Positions 44,707 to 55,104 of a stretch of 64,000 nt of DNA are shown in pieces. The number at the start of each line of letters is the position of its first letter. Positions within the stretch are counted from its first letter, which is position 1. The DNA comes from an uncultured Flavobacteriaceae bacterium (lineage in GTDB: Bacteria > Bacteroidota > Bacteroidia > Flavobacteriales > Flavobacteriaceae). Under the pieces are notes generated by a model, which ran no database searches, was not told the origin of the DNA, and was given only the letters and a program-made list of their open reading frames with translations. The stretch is from assembly GCA_963836505.1 (NCBI GenBank), contig CAWIJU010000001.1:85387-149386 (forward strand). The letters run 5' to 3'. Made by a program: the position numbers and the translations under genes.

Positions 44707-45667
44707 AACCAGACGACTCAGAAAAACTGAAAACATCAGGAGGTTGGTCCGTGAGAACAGGTTGACTGTGGATAATTTCATTTATCCTTTGTTCATTGAA
44801 GAAGGAGAGAATGTTTGTACTGAAATCGCTTCGATGCCGGGTGTTTTTCGCTACTCTCTGGATAAATTAGAAAATGAATTAATTGAAATTACCTCACTCA
44901 ATATTCCGGCAGTCATTTTATTTGGAATTCCCAGCCATAAAGATGAGGTAGGAAGTGAAACATGGAATGACAAGGGTATTATTCAACAAACCATTCGCTA
45001 TATCAAGAAAAATTATCCTGATTTATATGTGATTACTGATGTTTGTTTTTGTGAATATACAAGTCACGGTCACTGTGGTATTATTGAAAATGGAGATGTA
45101 TTAAACGATGCCACACTGATTAACTTGCAAAAACAGGTGATTTCCCATGCTAAGGCTGGGGCCGATATGGTTGCACCTTCAGGAATGATGGATGGAATGA
45201 TTCAGGCAATACGCCAAGCACTTGATCAGGAAGGCTTTTACAATTTACCTATTATGTCCTATGCCATAAAATATGCTTCGGCTTTTTATGGTCCGTTTAG
45301 AGATGCCGCTGATTCTGCACCGAGTTTTGGTGACCGCCGCACTTATCAAATGGACCCTTCAAATAGGATGGAAGGGATGAGAGAAGCCGAAATTGATGAA
45401 GATGAGGGAGCTGATATTTTAATGGTAAAACCGGCTTTATCTTATTTAGATATTATAAGAGATCTCAAAAATCAGTCGAATAAACCAGTTGCTTGTTACA
45501 ATGTAAGTGGCGAATACGCTATGGTTAAAGCAGCTGCGGAAAAAGGTTGGATCGACGGAGATCGAGTAATGATGGAGAGTTTACTCTCTATGAAGAGAGC
45601 GGGTGCAGATTTGATCATTACCTATTTTGCAAAAGATGCGGCTAAATTGTTAAATAAAAAAGCTTAG
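44693..45667 (+). CDS. hemB: Porphobilinogen synthase (delta-aminolevulinate dehydratase), 324 aa
   Basis: RRLR...LIYPLFI N-terminus, Zn-type Cys cluster [14 protein letters not shown], and active-site MVKPA and YNVSGEY motifs. Confidence 0.96.
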   Translation: MAMYRTRRLRKTENIRRLVRENRLTVDNFIYPLFIEEGENVCTEIASMPGVFRYSLDKLENELIEITSLNIPAVILFGIPSHKDEVGSETWNDKGIIQQTIRYIKKNYPDLYVITDVCFCEYTSHGHCGIIENGDVLNDATLINLQKQVISHAKAGADMVAPSGMMDGMIQAIRQALDQEGFYNLPIMSYAIKYASAFYGPFRDAADSAPSFGDRRTYQMDPSNRMEGMREAEIDEDEGADILMVKPALSYLDIIRDLKNQSNKPVACYNVSGEYAMVKAAAEKGWIDGDRVMMESLLSMKRAGADLIITYFAKDAAKLLNKKA

Positions 45668-45670
45668 AAA

Positions 45671-46984
45671 ATGTCGATGAAAGAATTTAAGAAGTCTGAA
45701 GAGTTATACGAACGAGGACAAGTTCATCTGGTTGGTGCAGTGAACTCGCCAGTTCGAGCCTTTAAATCTGTTGGCGGATCACCCTTGTTCATATCTAGTG
45801 CAAAGGGCAGTAAAATTATTGATGCAGATGACAATGTGTATATCGATTTAGTACTTTCCTATGGTCCGATGATTTTAGGACATCGTTTTCCTGGAGTTGA
45901 AAAAAGAATTAAAAAAGCACTCAGACATGGCTACTCATTTGGTGCTTCTAGTAAGGGAGAACTGAAACTGGCAAAAATGATCTGTTCAGCTTTTGACTCG
46001 ATGGACAAAATTCGGTTTGTCAATTCAGGAACTGAGGCCGTCTTTAGTGCGATTCGTTTGGCAAGGGCATTTACAGGGAAAGATCAGATCATCAAATTTT
46101 CCGGAGGTTATCACGGTCATGCTGATTCATTGCTCGTTGCTGCAGGTTCCGGATTGGCCACCTTGAGCTTGCCAGGTAGCAAAGGAGTGCCTGAAGATGC
46201 TGTAAAAAATACATTGGTTGCAGAATACAATCAGATTGATTCGGTCAGAAAACACATCAAGGCAAATCACAATATAGCCGCAATCATTATTGAACCCATT
46301 CCTGGAAACATGGGTGTGGTTTTACCTGAAAAAGATTTTATTGAAGGACTCAATCATTTAGCAAAAGAACACGGCATTCTCATCATTGCAGATGAGGTGA
46401 TGTCGGGCTTTAGATCAAAATTTGGCGGAGCTCAAGATCTTATCGGCCTGAAGGCAGATATCACATGTTTGGGGAAAGTAATTGGAGGAGGTTTTCCAGT
46501 GGGTGCTTATGGAGCCAGAAATGAGATCATGGAAATGGTTGCTCCTCTTGGACCTGTTTATCAAGCGGGAACATTGTCCGGAAATCCTATTGCTATGGCC
46601 GCAGGGATAGCCACTTTATCAGAATTAAAAAAACAAAATCCATATAAAAAATTTAACAAGATTGCCTCGAAAATAGAAAAAGCATTTTCAAAAGCGTCTG
46701 AGGAATTTGATATTCAGGTTCAAGTAAATCGCTTCGGTTCCATGATCAACCCATTTTTCACAAAAGATCCGGTGACAGATTTTCCATCCGCTCAAAAGTC
46801 GGATACTGAAATATTTAAAATCTTCTTTTGGGAAATGATTCAACAAGGATTATTTATTCCACCCTCGCAATTTGAATCCTGGTTTTTATGTAGCTCATTG
46901 AGCAAAGATGAAGTGAAAAATATAACTTCCGGTATTCGTGCAGCAGTGAAGAAAGTTTCGGAAACTTTAAAGGTTTCTCATTAA
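45671..46984 (+). CDS. hemL: Glutamate-1-semialdehyde 2,1-aminomutase, 437 aa
   Basis: Class III aminotransferase with VNSPVRAF, FVNSGTEA, DEVMSGFR and LGKVIGGG (PLP Lys) motifs. Confidence 0.96.
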   Translation: MSMKEFKKSEELYERGQVHLVGAVNSPVRAFKSVGGSPLFISSAKGSKIIDADDNVYIDLVLSYGPMILGHRFPGVEKRIKKALRHGYSFGASSKGELKLAKMICSAFDSMDKIRFVNSGTEAVFSAIRLARAFTGKDQIIKFSGGYHGHADSLLVAAGSGLATLSLPGSKGVPEDAVKNTLVAEYNQIDSVRKHIKANHNIAAIIIEPIPGNMGVVLPEKDFIEGLNHLAKEHGILIIADEVMSGFRSKFGGAQDLIGLKADITCLGKVIGGGFPVGAYGARNEIMEMVAPLGPVYQAGTLSGNPIAMAAGIATLSELKKQNPYKKFNKIASKIEKAFSKASEEFDIQVQVNRFGSMINPFFTKDPVTDFPSAQKSDTEIFKIFFWEMIQQGLFIPPSQFESWFLCSSLSKDEVKNITSGIRAAVKKVSETLKVSH

Positions 46985-47000
46985 TCATTAAATCAACCAA

Positions 47001-48029
47001 GTGAATAAGATAAAAAACGATTTATTTCTAAGGGCACTTAAGCAAGAAGTGGTGTCCAGGCCTCCCGTTTGGATGATGCGACAGGCAGGGAGATATTTAC
47101 CAGAATTTAGAGCTTTACGCGATAAATACGATTTCTTTACCCGCTGTCAAACACCTGAATTGGCTGCTGAAATTACAGTTCAGCCTATCAGGAGGTATGG
47201 TATGGATGCAGCGATTTTGTTTTCAGATATATTGGTTATCCCACAGGCTTTGGGGATTGAAGTTCAAATGAAAAAGGATTTTGGACCCTATTTACCGCAT
47301 ACGATTCGCAGTCAGAAGGAAGTGGATGCTGTACAAATTCCGGATGTGTACGAAAGTTTGGGTTATGTGATGGATGCCATAAAATTGACCAAGGAGATGC
47401 TGAACGACGAAATTCCCTTGATTGGATTTGCCGGTTCTCCATGGACAATCTTATGCTATTGTGTGGAAGGCAGAGGATCTAAATCATTTGATAAAGCCAA
47501 AGAATTTTGTTTTACCCAGCCTGAAGCAGCTCATGAGATGTTGCAAAAAATTACTGATCTCACCATACTTTATTTGATCGAAAAAGTTAAATCGGGTGTA
47601 AATGCTGTTCAGGTATTTGATTCTTGGGGAGGTATGTTATCTCCGTCAGATTATCAGGTCTTTTCATGGCAATATATCAATCAGATCGTAGAGGCTTTAA
47701 AAGATTACGCACCGGTGATCGCATTTGGAAAAGGCTGTTGGTTTGCCTTAGAAACGATGGCTCAATCCAATGTTTCTGCACTTGGTGTTGATTGGACCAT
47801 CACGCCCGAGCTCGCCAGGAAATTCACAAAGAATAAAGTAACACTTCAGGGTAATTTCGACCCGTCCAGATTATTATCTCCACCAGCTGAAATTAAAAGA
47901 TTGGTTCATCAAATGATTGACCAATTTGGTAAAGATAAATATATCGTAAATTTGGGACACGGGATTTTACCTAATATACCACTAGAAAATGCCCAGGCTT
48001 TTATTGATGCCGTAAAAGAATATTCATGA
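47001..48029 (+). CDS. hemE: Uroporphyrinogen decarboxylase, 342 aa
   Basis: [11 protein letters not shown]...[16 protein letters not shown] signature. GTG start. Confidence 0.96.
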   Translation: MNKIKNDLFLRALKQEVVSRPPVWMMRQAGRYLPEFRALRDKYDFFTRCQTPELAAEITVQPIRRYGMDAAILFSDILVIPQALGIEVQMKKDFGPYLPHTIRSQKEVDAVQIPDVYESLGYVMDAIKLTKEMLNDEIPLIGFAGSPWTILCYCVEGRGSKSFDKAKEFCFTQPEAAHEMLQKITDLTILYLIEKVKSGVNAVQVFDSWGGMLSPSDYQVFSWQYINQIVEALKDYAPVIAFGKGCWFALETMAQSNVSALGVDWTITPELARKFTKNKVTLQGNFDPSRLLSPPAEIKRLVHQMIDQFGKDKYIVNLGHGILPNIPLENAQAFIDAVKEYS

Positions 48030-49390
48030 TGAATTCTGACTTGATCCAAAAATATAACATACCCGGTCCTCGTTACACGAGTTATCCTACCGTACCCTTT
48101 TGGGACAAAAAAGGGATTGCTATGCAAGATTGGAAAAATACTGTGGTGAAGGCTTTTAAAGAGAGCAACCAAACAGAGGGCATCAGTATATATATCCATT
48201 TACCTTTTTGTGAAAGTCTTTGCACGTTTTGCGCTTGCCATAAAAAAATTACTAAGCAACATGGTGTGGAAGCTCCTTATATCGCAACTTTGTTAAAAGA
48301 ATGGCAATTGTACTGCGAGCTTTTTGATGAAAGGCCCAGAATCAAAGAAATTCATTTAGGAGGTGGTACACCAACATTTTTTTCTATTGAGAATTTAACA
48401 GAATTAATTGAAGGAATTCTTTCCAAAGCTGAGGTTTGTGATGATTTTGAATTTAGTTATGAAGGACATCCCAATCATACAAGTGTGGCCCAATTGGAGG
48501 GTTTGTTTAATTTGGGCTTTAAGCGAAATAGTTTTGGAATTCAAGATTATGATCCTGTTGTTCAAAAAGCAATTAATAGAATCCAAAGTTTTGAACAGGT
48601 AAAGGAAGTACACGAATTGTCTAAAAAAATTGGATATCAATCCATAAGTCACGATCTGGTTTTCGGCTTGCCCTTTCAACATGAGCATAGTATCAGAAAT
48701 ACCATTGAGAAAACAGTTGCTTTAAAACCTGATAGAATAGCCTATTATAGCTATGCTCATGTACCTTGGATCAAAGGTGTAGGACAGAGAGGGTTTGATG
48801 AAGGCGATCTACCTCAAGACAAAGAAAAAAGATATTTATACGAATTAGGCAAACAATTGTTTTTTGACAATGGTTATGTGGAAATTGGTATGGATCATTT
48901 CGCTTTGTCAACGGATAGCTTGTATAAAGCCATGGAGAATAAAAAACTTCATAGGAATTTTATGGGTTATACTGCTGGAAAGACCGCGCTTATGGTTGGG
49001 CTGGGAATGTCTTCGATAAGTGATTCCTGGTATGCATTTGCTCAAAATGAGAAAAGCGTTTCAGCTTATACGGAAAGGGTAGAAGAAGGTAAATTGCCAA
49101 TTTTCAGGGGACATTTACTTACCGAAGAAGACCTCGTTATTAGAAAAAGTATTTTGGATCTCATGTGTCATTTAGAAACAAAGTGGCACCCTGCGCTTTC
49201 TGAAAAAACTAAAAATGGCATTAAAAACAGATTGCAAAGTCTCGTTGAAGATGGATTGTTGGTCTTAACAGATGAGGGAGTTTCAGTCAAAGAAGAAGGA
49301 CGTATGTTCGTGAGAAATATATGTATGGCTTTCGATTTGAGGTTGATAGAAAATAAACCTGAAACCCGAATATTTTCAATGACCATTTAG
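48026..49390 (+). CDS. hemN: Oxygen-independent coproporphyrinogen III oxidase (radical SAM), 454 aa
   Basis: [14 protein letters not shown]-terminus and [16 protein letters not shown] cluster motif. The start overlaps the hemE stop as ATGA. Confidence 0.93.
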   Translation: MMNSDLIQKYNIPGPRYTSYPTVPFWDKKGIAMQDWKNTVVKAFKESNQTEGISIYIHLPFCESLCTFCACHKKITKQHGVEAPYIATLLKEWQLYCELFDERPRIKEIHLGGGTPTFFSIENLTELIEGILSKAEVCDDFEFSYEGHPNHTSVAQLEGLFNLGFKRNSFGIQDYDPVVQKAINRIQSFEQVKEVHELSKKIGYQSISHDLVFGLPFQHEHSIRNTIEKTVALKPDRIAYYSYAHVPWIKGVGQRGFDEGDLPQDKEKRYLYELGKQLFFDNGYVEIGMDHFALSTDSLYKAMENKKLHRNFMGYTAGKTALMVGLGMSSISDSWYAFAQNEKSVSAYTERVEEGKLPIFRGHLLTEEDLVIRKSILDLMCHLETKWHPALSEKTKNGIKNRLQSLVEDGLLVLTDEGVSVKEEGRMFVRNICMAFDLRLIENKPETRIFSMTI

Positions 49391-49468
49391 GATTTCCGTT
49401 TCAGTTTTTGCTTTAAAAGTCGATTTCAGAAAATCTATTCTTGAGGAAATCGAATGTAATTAATTTCA

Positions 49469-49476
49469 TAAATTTG
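49469..49476 (+). promoter_or_regulatory. Sigma-A -7 box (TAAATTTG) for the E2 gene
   Basis: Exact TAnnTTTG, 19 nt upstream of the ATG at 49496. Confidence 0.35.
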
Positions 49477-49495
49477 TGCTCAAATCTTTCTGGAT

Positions 49496-50803
49496 ATGTC
49501 GAAGTTTGAATTAAAATTACCCAAAATGGGAGAGAGTGTTGCCGAGGCAACGATTACTTCTTGGTTAAAGGAAGTTGGAGAGTCTATTTCCTTAGATGAA
49601 CCTGTGGTAGAAATAGCCACCGATAAAGTAGATTCGGAGGTGCCGAGTGAGGTTGAAGGGGTGCTTTTAGAAAGACTTTTTAATGTTGATGATGTCGTAA
49701 AAGTAGGAGAAACCATCGCCGTGATCGAGATTAGTGGAGAAGGAGAAAACTCTGCAGTTGTTCAGAAAAATAAGGTTGAAGAGGTGATTGAACCTGTTGC
49801 TGAAAAAATAGAAAAGGAAATTCAAGAAGTTAAGGAATCTTTTCAGTTTAGTAATTCTTCAGGTAAATTTTATTCTCCTCTTGTAAAAAACATAGCGAGA
49901 GCAGAAAATATTCCAATGGAAGAACTTGAGGCTATTGTTGGGACAGGTAAGGATGAAAGAGTAACTAAAACAGACATTCTCGCTTATATTGAAAATCGAA
50001 ATAAAGCTTCAAAACCAGGAAGCACAAAAGTTATTTCGAGTCCTGAGCCGGTAAAAGAAAATCCGGCCATAGCGCAACAGATTACTTTTTCTGGCGGTGA
50101 TCAGGTGATTGAAATGACGAGAATGGGCAAATTGATTGCCAAGCATATGGTAGATTCTAAACAGACTTCTGCACATGTTCAAAGTTTTGTTGAGGTAGAT
50201 GTGACCAACATCGTTAAATGGCGGGAAAAAGTAAAAGATGCATTCTTTAAGCGTGAGGGTGAAAAAATTACTTATACACCTATTTTTATGCAGGCTGTTG
50301 CCAAAGCGTTGAAAGATTTTCCGATGATGAATATATCTGTGGATGGAGATAAGATCATCCAAAAAAAGCATATCAATTTAGGTATGGCAGCTGCCCTTCC
50401 TGATGGGAATCTTATTGTGCCCGTTATTAAGAATGCTGACACTTTAAGTTTGATAGGAATGACCAAAGTGGTGAATGATCTTGCCAATCGTTCAAGGAAC
50501 GGGAAACTTAATCCGGATGATATCCAAGGTGGTACCTATACCGTAACCAACGTTGGAACTTTTGGAAGTATCATGGGAACACCTATCATTAATCAACCTC
50601 AGGTAGGAATTTTGGCTTTGGGGTCTATTAGAAAATTACCCTCTGTTATTGAGACTCCGGATGGAGATTTCATCGGGATACGTCATAAAATGATCATTTC
50701 TCATTCTTATGATCACCGTGTGGTAAATGGCGCTTTAGGAAGTATGTTCGCAAGAAAAGTAGCCGACTATTTAGAAGCTTGGGATGCCAACGCAGATTTT
50801 TAA
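49496..50803 (+). CDS. 2-oxoacid dehydrogenase E2 component (dihydrolipoamide acyltransferase), 435 aa
   Basis: Lipoyl domain (LPKMGESVAEATI...EIATDKVDSEVPS), an E3-binding segment (YSPLVKNIARAENI) and a catalytic domain with SHSYDHRVVNG. Confidence 0.92.
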   Translation: MSKFELKLPKMGESVAEATITSWLKEVGESISLDEPVVEIATDKVDSEVPSEVEGVLLERLFNVDDVVKVGETIAVIEISGEGENSAVVQKNKVEEVIEPVAEKIEKEIQEVKESFQFSNSSGKFYSPLVKNIARAENIPMEELEAIVGTGKDERVTKTDILAYIENRNKASKPGSTKVISSPEPVKENPAIAQQITFSGGDQVIEMTRMGKLIAKHMVDSKQTSAHVQSFVEVDVTNIVKWREKVKDAFFKREGEKITYTPIFMQAVAKALKDFPMMNISVDGDKIIQKKHINLGMAAALPDGNLIVPVIKNADTLSLIGMTKVVNDLANRSRNGKLNPDDIQGGTYTVTNVGTFGSIMGTPIINQPQVGILALGSIRKLPSVIETPDGDFIGIRHKMIISHSYDHRVVNGALGSMFARKVADYLEAWDANADF

Positions 50804-50813
50804 AAAAGACTAA

Positions 50814-51629
50814 ATGAATTTAAAACTCGAAAGACCACTGATATTTTTTGATTTAGAAACTACCGGTGTTCAGATCGCGTCAGATCGAATTGTGGAAATT
50901 TCTATATTAAAAGTATATCCAAATGGAAATAAAGAGAGCAGAACCTGGTTGGTGAATCCTGAAATGAAAATTCCTCAGCAATCTATTGATATTCACGGAA
51001 TTACTGATGAGAAAGTAGCTAATGAACCGAAATTTAGTGAAATTGCTCCTGAAGTCAGTAGAATTTTGGAAGGAGCAGATCTAGCCGGATTTAATTCTAC
51101 TCGTTTTGATATCCCCCTTTTGGCCGAGGAAATGTTGAGAGCAGGTATCAATTTTGATATGGATGGTAAAAAGGCTGTGGACGTCCAGGTTATTTTCCAT
51201 AAAAAGGAACCCCGAAATCTCGCTGCAGGCTATTCGTTTTATTGTGGTAAATCACTCGATAACGCGCATTCTGCAAAGGCAGATACCCAAGCCACCTATG
51301 AAATACTAGAAGCACAGGTAGATAAGTATGAGGATATTGAGAATTCCGTAGATTTTTTAAGTGAGTTTTCGACGCAAAGAGAAAGAGCTGATTTTGCTGG
51401 TTTTGTTATGTTTAACGACAAGAATGAAGAGATTTTGACATTTGGGAAACACAAAGGAAAGACTGTGGAAGAAGTTTTTAAAGGTGATCCAGGGTATTAC
51501 AGTTGGATACAAAATGCTGATTTTCCATTGTATACGAAGAAAGTACTCAAGAACATAAAAGAACGTATGGCAAATAATACACAAAAATATACGCTAGACG
51601 ATTTAAAAAATAAATTTAAAAAGATATAG
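50814..51629 (+). CDS. DEDDh 3'-5' exonuclease (DnaQ-like) with a C-terminal DUF3820-like domain, 271 aa
   Basis: Exo motifs FFDLETTG, GFNSTRFDIPLL and HSAKADTQAT. The C-terminal FGKHKGKTVEEV...DPGYYSWI module is DUF3820-like. Confidence 0.85.
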   Translation: MNLKLERPLIFFDLETTGVQIASDRIVEISILKVYPNGNKESRTWLVNPEMKIPQQSIDIHGITDEKVANEPKFSEIAPEVSRILEGADLAGFNSTRFDIPLLAEEMLRAGINFDMDGKKAVDVQVIFHKKEPRNLAAGYSFYCGKSLDNAHSAKADTQATYEILEAQVDKYEDIENSVDFLSEFSTQRERADFAGFVMFNDKNEEILTFGKHKGKTVEEVFKGDPGYYSWIQNADFPLYTKKVLKNIKERMANNTQKYTLDDLKNKFKKI

Positions 51630-51630
51630 T

Positions 51631-52116
51631 ATGTTGGTGCAATTCGATCAGTTATCGGAAACTTCAAGAGTTTGGGTCTATCAGTCTAATCGAACTCTGA
51701 CAGAGAATGAGGTAGAAGAAATCGGTAAAGAACTTGAAGCCTTTATTCAGCAATGGAAAAGACACGGAGATGACTTGAAAGCTTCATTTCAAATCAAATA
51801 CAATCACTTCATTATACTTTCTGTTGATGAATCTTATCATCCTGTTTCCGGTTGTTCTATAGATGCATCTACTCATCTTATCAAGGAACTTGAACAAAAG
51901 TATCGAATTGAATTACTCAATAAAATGAAAACGGCTTTTAGATCTGGTGAACATATCAATGTCGTTACCCTTTCCGATTTTAAGCAATACGTATCAGAAC
52001 AAAAGGTAAGCCCGAATACCATAGTCTTCAATAATTTGGTCGGCACAAAAAAGGAATTGGAATCTGCATGGGAAATTGAAGGTGGAAAAAGCTGGCATAG
52101 TCGTTTTTTCAACTGA
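51631..52116 (+). CDS. Conserved hypothetical protein, 161 aa
   Basis: ORF starting 1 nt after the exonuclease stop. No domain recognised. Confidence 0.5.
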   Translation: MLVQFDQLSETSRVWVYQSNRTLTENEVEEIGKELEAFIQQWKRHGDDLKASFQIKYNHFIILSVDESYHPVSGCSIDASTHLIKELEQKYRIELLNKMKTAFRSGEHINVVTLSDFKQYVSEQKVSPNTIVFNNLVGTKKELESAWEIEGGKSWHSRFFN

Positions 52117-52123
52117 CATTTTC

Positions 52124-52142
52124 TATATTTGGAATATATTTG
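52124..52142 (+). promoter_or_regulatory. Two tandem sigma-A -7 boxes (TATATTTG x2, 11-nt period) upstream of the GH3 fusion gene
   Basis: Exact TAnnTTTG at 52124-52131 and 52135-52142. The ATG is at 52188. Confidence 0.35.
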
Positions 52143-52187
52143 AAATAAATAATCTCTCAATTTTCTTTAAGCTGTAAATATTTTCCA

Positions 52188-55103
52188 ATGATCAAAAAAA
52201 TATTGATTTTCTTTTTTTTATTGACACTCGCCAATGTACGCGGGCAAAAAGATCCTCTTATTGCCAGAGATAGTATCAGTCAATTAAAATGGGTGGACAG
52301 CATCCTGAACCAAATGAGTGTTGATCAGAAGATAGGCCAACTTTTCATGGTCGCTGCCTATTCCAATAGAGACCAGCGGCATGTGGACGAGATTGAAAAC
52401 CTCGTGAAGAAATATCAAATAGGCGGAATCATCTTTTTTCAGGGAACTGTTGAGGGGCATGCAAAATTGATCAATCAATACCAAGCTTCTTCCCAAGTCC
52501 CGATGTTGATTGGGATTGATGCAGAATGGGGATTGAATATGCGTTTGCCCGAGGTCACTCGTTTTCCATACAACATGCCCTTGGGTGCCATAAAAAATAA
52601 TCGTTTGATCGAAGAATACGGAAGAAGTGTTGCTCATCAGCTCAAACGTTTAGGAATGCATATAAATTTTGCACCTAGTGTAGATATAAATACCAATCCT
52701 GCTAATCCAATTATAGGCAACAGATCTTATGGTGTAGACAAATACAACGTAGCTTTAAAGGCAGAAAGTTTTTTAAAGGGTTTACAAGGTGAGGGAATTT
52801 TGGCCAGTGCCAAGCATTTTCCCGGTCACGGTGATACCGCGCAAGATTCGCATAAAACCTTACCAACTGTAGATTTTGATATGGAAAGGTTAGATTCTGT
52901 GGAATTATTCCCTTATAAATATTTGATAGACAAAGGATTAACCGGAGTGATGGTCGCGCATTTGAATGTGCCTGCCATTGAATCTACAAGCGGTGTACCT
53001 ACTTCCATTTCAAAGCGAACCATTACAGATTTACTCAAGAATAAATTGAATTTTCAAGGATTGATTTACACGGATGCGCTCAATATGAAAGGGGCCGCGG
53101 ATTTTGCAAAACCGGGTGAAATTGATTTAGCTGCTTTTTTAGCCGGTAATGACTTCCTTGTGTTCTCAGAGAATGTAGGAAATGCGCATCAATTGATCAA
53201 AAAGGCTTTTCAGGAAAAGAAATTTGATGAAGAACGCTTAAATTATTCTGTGCGAAAAATATTAAAGGCGAAGTATTGGGCAGGATTGAATGAGTATCAG
53301 CCTGTGAATTTAAATGGATTGACTAAGGATTTGACCAATGTTCAAGATGAGTTACTGATGAGAAAATTGGTAGGTAATGCTATAACAGCTGTTAAGAATG
53401 ACAATGACATCTTACCTATAAGCAATCTGGAAAATAATAAAATAGCCTATGTGAAATTGGGTGATTATGAGAACGGAACTTTTATTTCCCGATTAAAAGA
53501 TTATACGAATATTGATGTTATTTCCGGAAAGACGATCGATGTTGTTTTGGATAAACTTGAATCCTATCAAACCGTGATCCTAGGTTTCCATACGAATGGA
53601 GCAAGTGCTTATTCCAGTTATAAATTTAGTGAAACTGACTTACACTGGATACAAGAAATTGCCAGAAAGCATAAGGTGATACTGGACGTATTTGCTAGTC
53701 CATATAGTTTGTTACAACTAAAGTCAACTGATAATATTGAAGCCATTATTGTTTCTTACCAAAACATTCCAATTTTTCAAGATTTGTCGGCACAAATGAT
53801 CTTTGGAGCTATGGATTTCAAAGGGAAATTACCTGTTCAAATTAACGATCAATTCAGTTTCGGTACAGGAATGGAGATCTCGCAAATTCAGCGTTTAGGA
53901 TATTCTATCCCTGAGGAGGTTTGTCTGGATTCAGAAAAATTAGCAAGAATTGATTCGATTGCGAAAGTGGTGCTGGAAGATGAAATGGCTCCCGGGCTAC
54001 AAGTGTTGGTTGCAAAGGAAGGTAAGGTAGTCTATCGCAAGAGCTTCGGACATTACACTTATGAAAAAAAGCAAGTGGTGACCAACGAGAGTATTTATGA
54101 TCTTGCCTCTGTTACAAAAATTTTAGCTGCACTCCCAATGATCATGAAGGCAGAGGAAGAAGGGAAATTTACATTAGATACAGAGTTAGGAGAAATAATT
54201 CCTGCTTTAAGGGGAAGTAATAAGGAAGACGTAACGGTAAAGGAGGTTTTGTCGCATTACGGGAAGCTTAAACCTTATATCACATTTTATTCGGCAACTT
54301 TAGATCCGGTTACCAATAAACCACTAGAAACTTATTTTAAAACGCAACCCGGAGGTTTATACAATGTAAAAGTAGCCGATCATATGTATTTGCGAAACGA
54401 TTATTACGAACAAATTCTTAAGGAGATCGCAGAGGCACCGCAAAACAGAAAACTGACCTATAAATACAGTGACCTTCCTTTTCATTTGTTCAAAGATTAC
54501 CTCGAAAGGACTTATAGTAAGCCACTTGATATTTTGGTGGATGAGAACTTTTATGCGAGAATTGGTGCAAAAACATTGACCTACAATCCTTTGAATAAAT
54601 TTCAGAAAGATCAGATTGTTCCGACAGAGGATGATCAATTTTTTCGTTATCAATTATTACATGGAACTGTTCACGATGAAGGTGCTGCTATGTTAGGAGG
54701 TGTTAGCGGGAATGCCGGTTTATTTGGAAATTCCAATGATGTAGCTAAAATGATGCAAATGTATCTCCAGAATGGTTATTATGGAGGGAAAAGTTTCCTG
54801 AAGGCCGAAACCCTTGAAAAGTTCAACCACAGGTATTTTCAGAATAAGGGCAACAGAAGGGGCCTGGGATTTGATAAGCCACAATTGGATGAGCGGGAAA
54901 AAGCTACTTGTGGTTGTGTATCTATGCATAGTTTTGGACATAGTGGTTATACCGGCACTTATACTTTTGTTGATCCGGAAACTCAGATTGTTTACGTATT
55001 TCTTTCTAACAGGGTATATCCCACAAGAGAAAATACCAAACTTGCCACCAATAATATAAGACCTGAAGTACAAAGATTGATCCAGGAAGCGATCATTGAA
55101 TAA
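52188..55103 (+). CDS. Fusion of a GH3 N-terminal domain (NagZ-like beta-N-acetylhexosaminidase) with a beta-lactamase-fold serine hydrolase, 971 aa
   Basis: Signal peptide. GH3 motifs (IDAEWG, KHFPGHGDT, VMVAHL). The C-terminal half carries the SxxK motif ASVTKILAA and an HSGYTG segment. Confidence 0.85.
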   Translation: MIKKILIFFFLLTLANVRGQKDPLIARDSISQLKWVDSILNQMSVDQKIGQLFMVAAYSNRDQRHVDEIENLVKKYQIGGIIFFQGTVEGHAKLINQYQASSQVPMLIGIDAEWGLNMRLPEVTRFPYNMPLGAIKNNRLIEEYGRSVAHQLKRLGMHINFAPSVDINTNPANPIIGNRSYGVDKYNVALKAESFLKGLQGEGILASAKHFPGHGDTAQDSHKTLPTVDFDMERLDSVELFPYKYLIDKGLTGVMVAHLNVPAIESTSGVPTSISKRTITDLLKNKLNFQGLIYTDALNMKGAADFAKPGEIDLAAFLAGNDFLVFSENVGNAHQLIKKAFQEKKFDEERLNYSVRKILKAKYWAGLNEYQPVNLNGLTKDLTNVQDELLMRKLVGNAITAVKNDNDILPISNLENNKIAYVKLGDYENGTFISRLKDYTNIDVISGKTIDVVLDKLESYQTVILGFHTNGASAYSSYKFSETDLHWIQEIARKHKVILDVFASPYSLLQLKSTDNIEAIIVSYQNIPIFQDLSAQMIFGAMDFKGKLPVQINDQFSFGTGMEISQIQRLGYSIPEEVCLDSEKLARIDSIAKVVLEDEMAPGLQVLVAKEGKVVYRKSFGHYTYEKKQVVTNESIYDLASVTKILAALPMIMKAEEEGKFTLDTELGEIIPALRGSNKEDVTVKEVLSHYGKLKPYITFYSATLDPVTNKPLETYFKTQPGGLYNVKVADHMYLRNDYYEQILKEIAEAPQNRKLTYKYSDLPFHLFKDYLERTYSKPLDILVDENFYARIGAKTLTYNPLNKFQKDQIVPTEDDQFFRYQLLHGTVHDEGAAMLGGVSGNAGLFGNSNDVAKMMQMYLQNGYYGGKSFLKAETLEKFNHRYFQNKGNRRGLGFDKPQLDEREKATCGCVSMHSFGHSGYTGTYTFVDPETQIVYVFLSNRVYPTRENTKLATNNIRPEVQRLIQEAIIE

Positions 55104-55104
55104 A

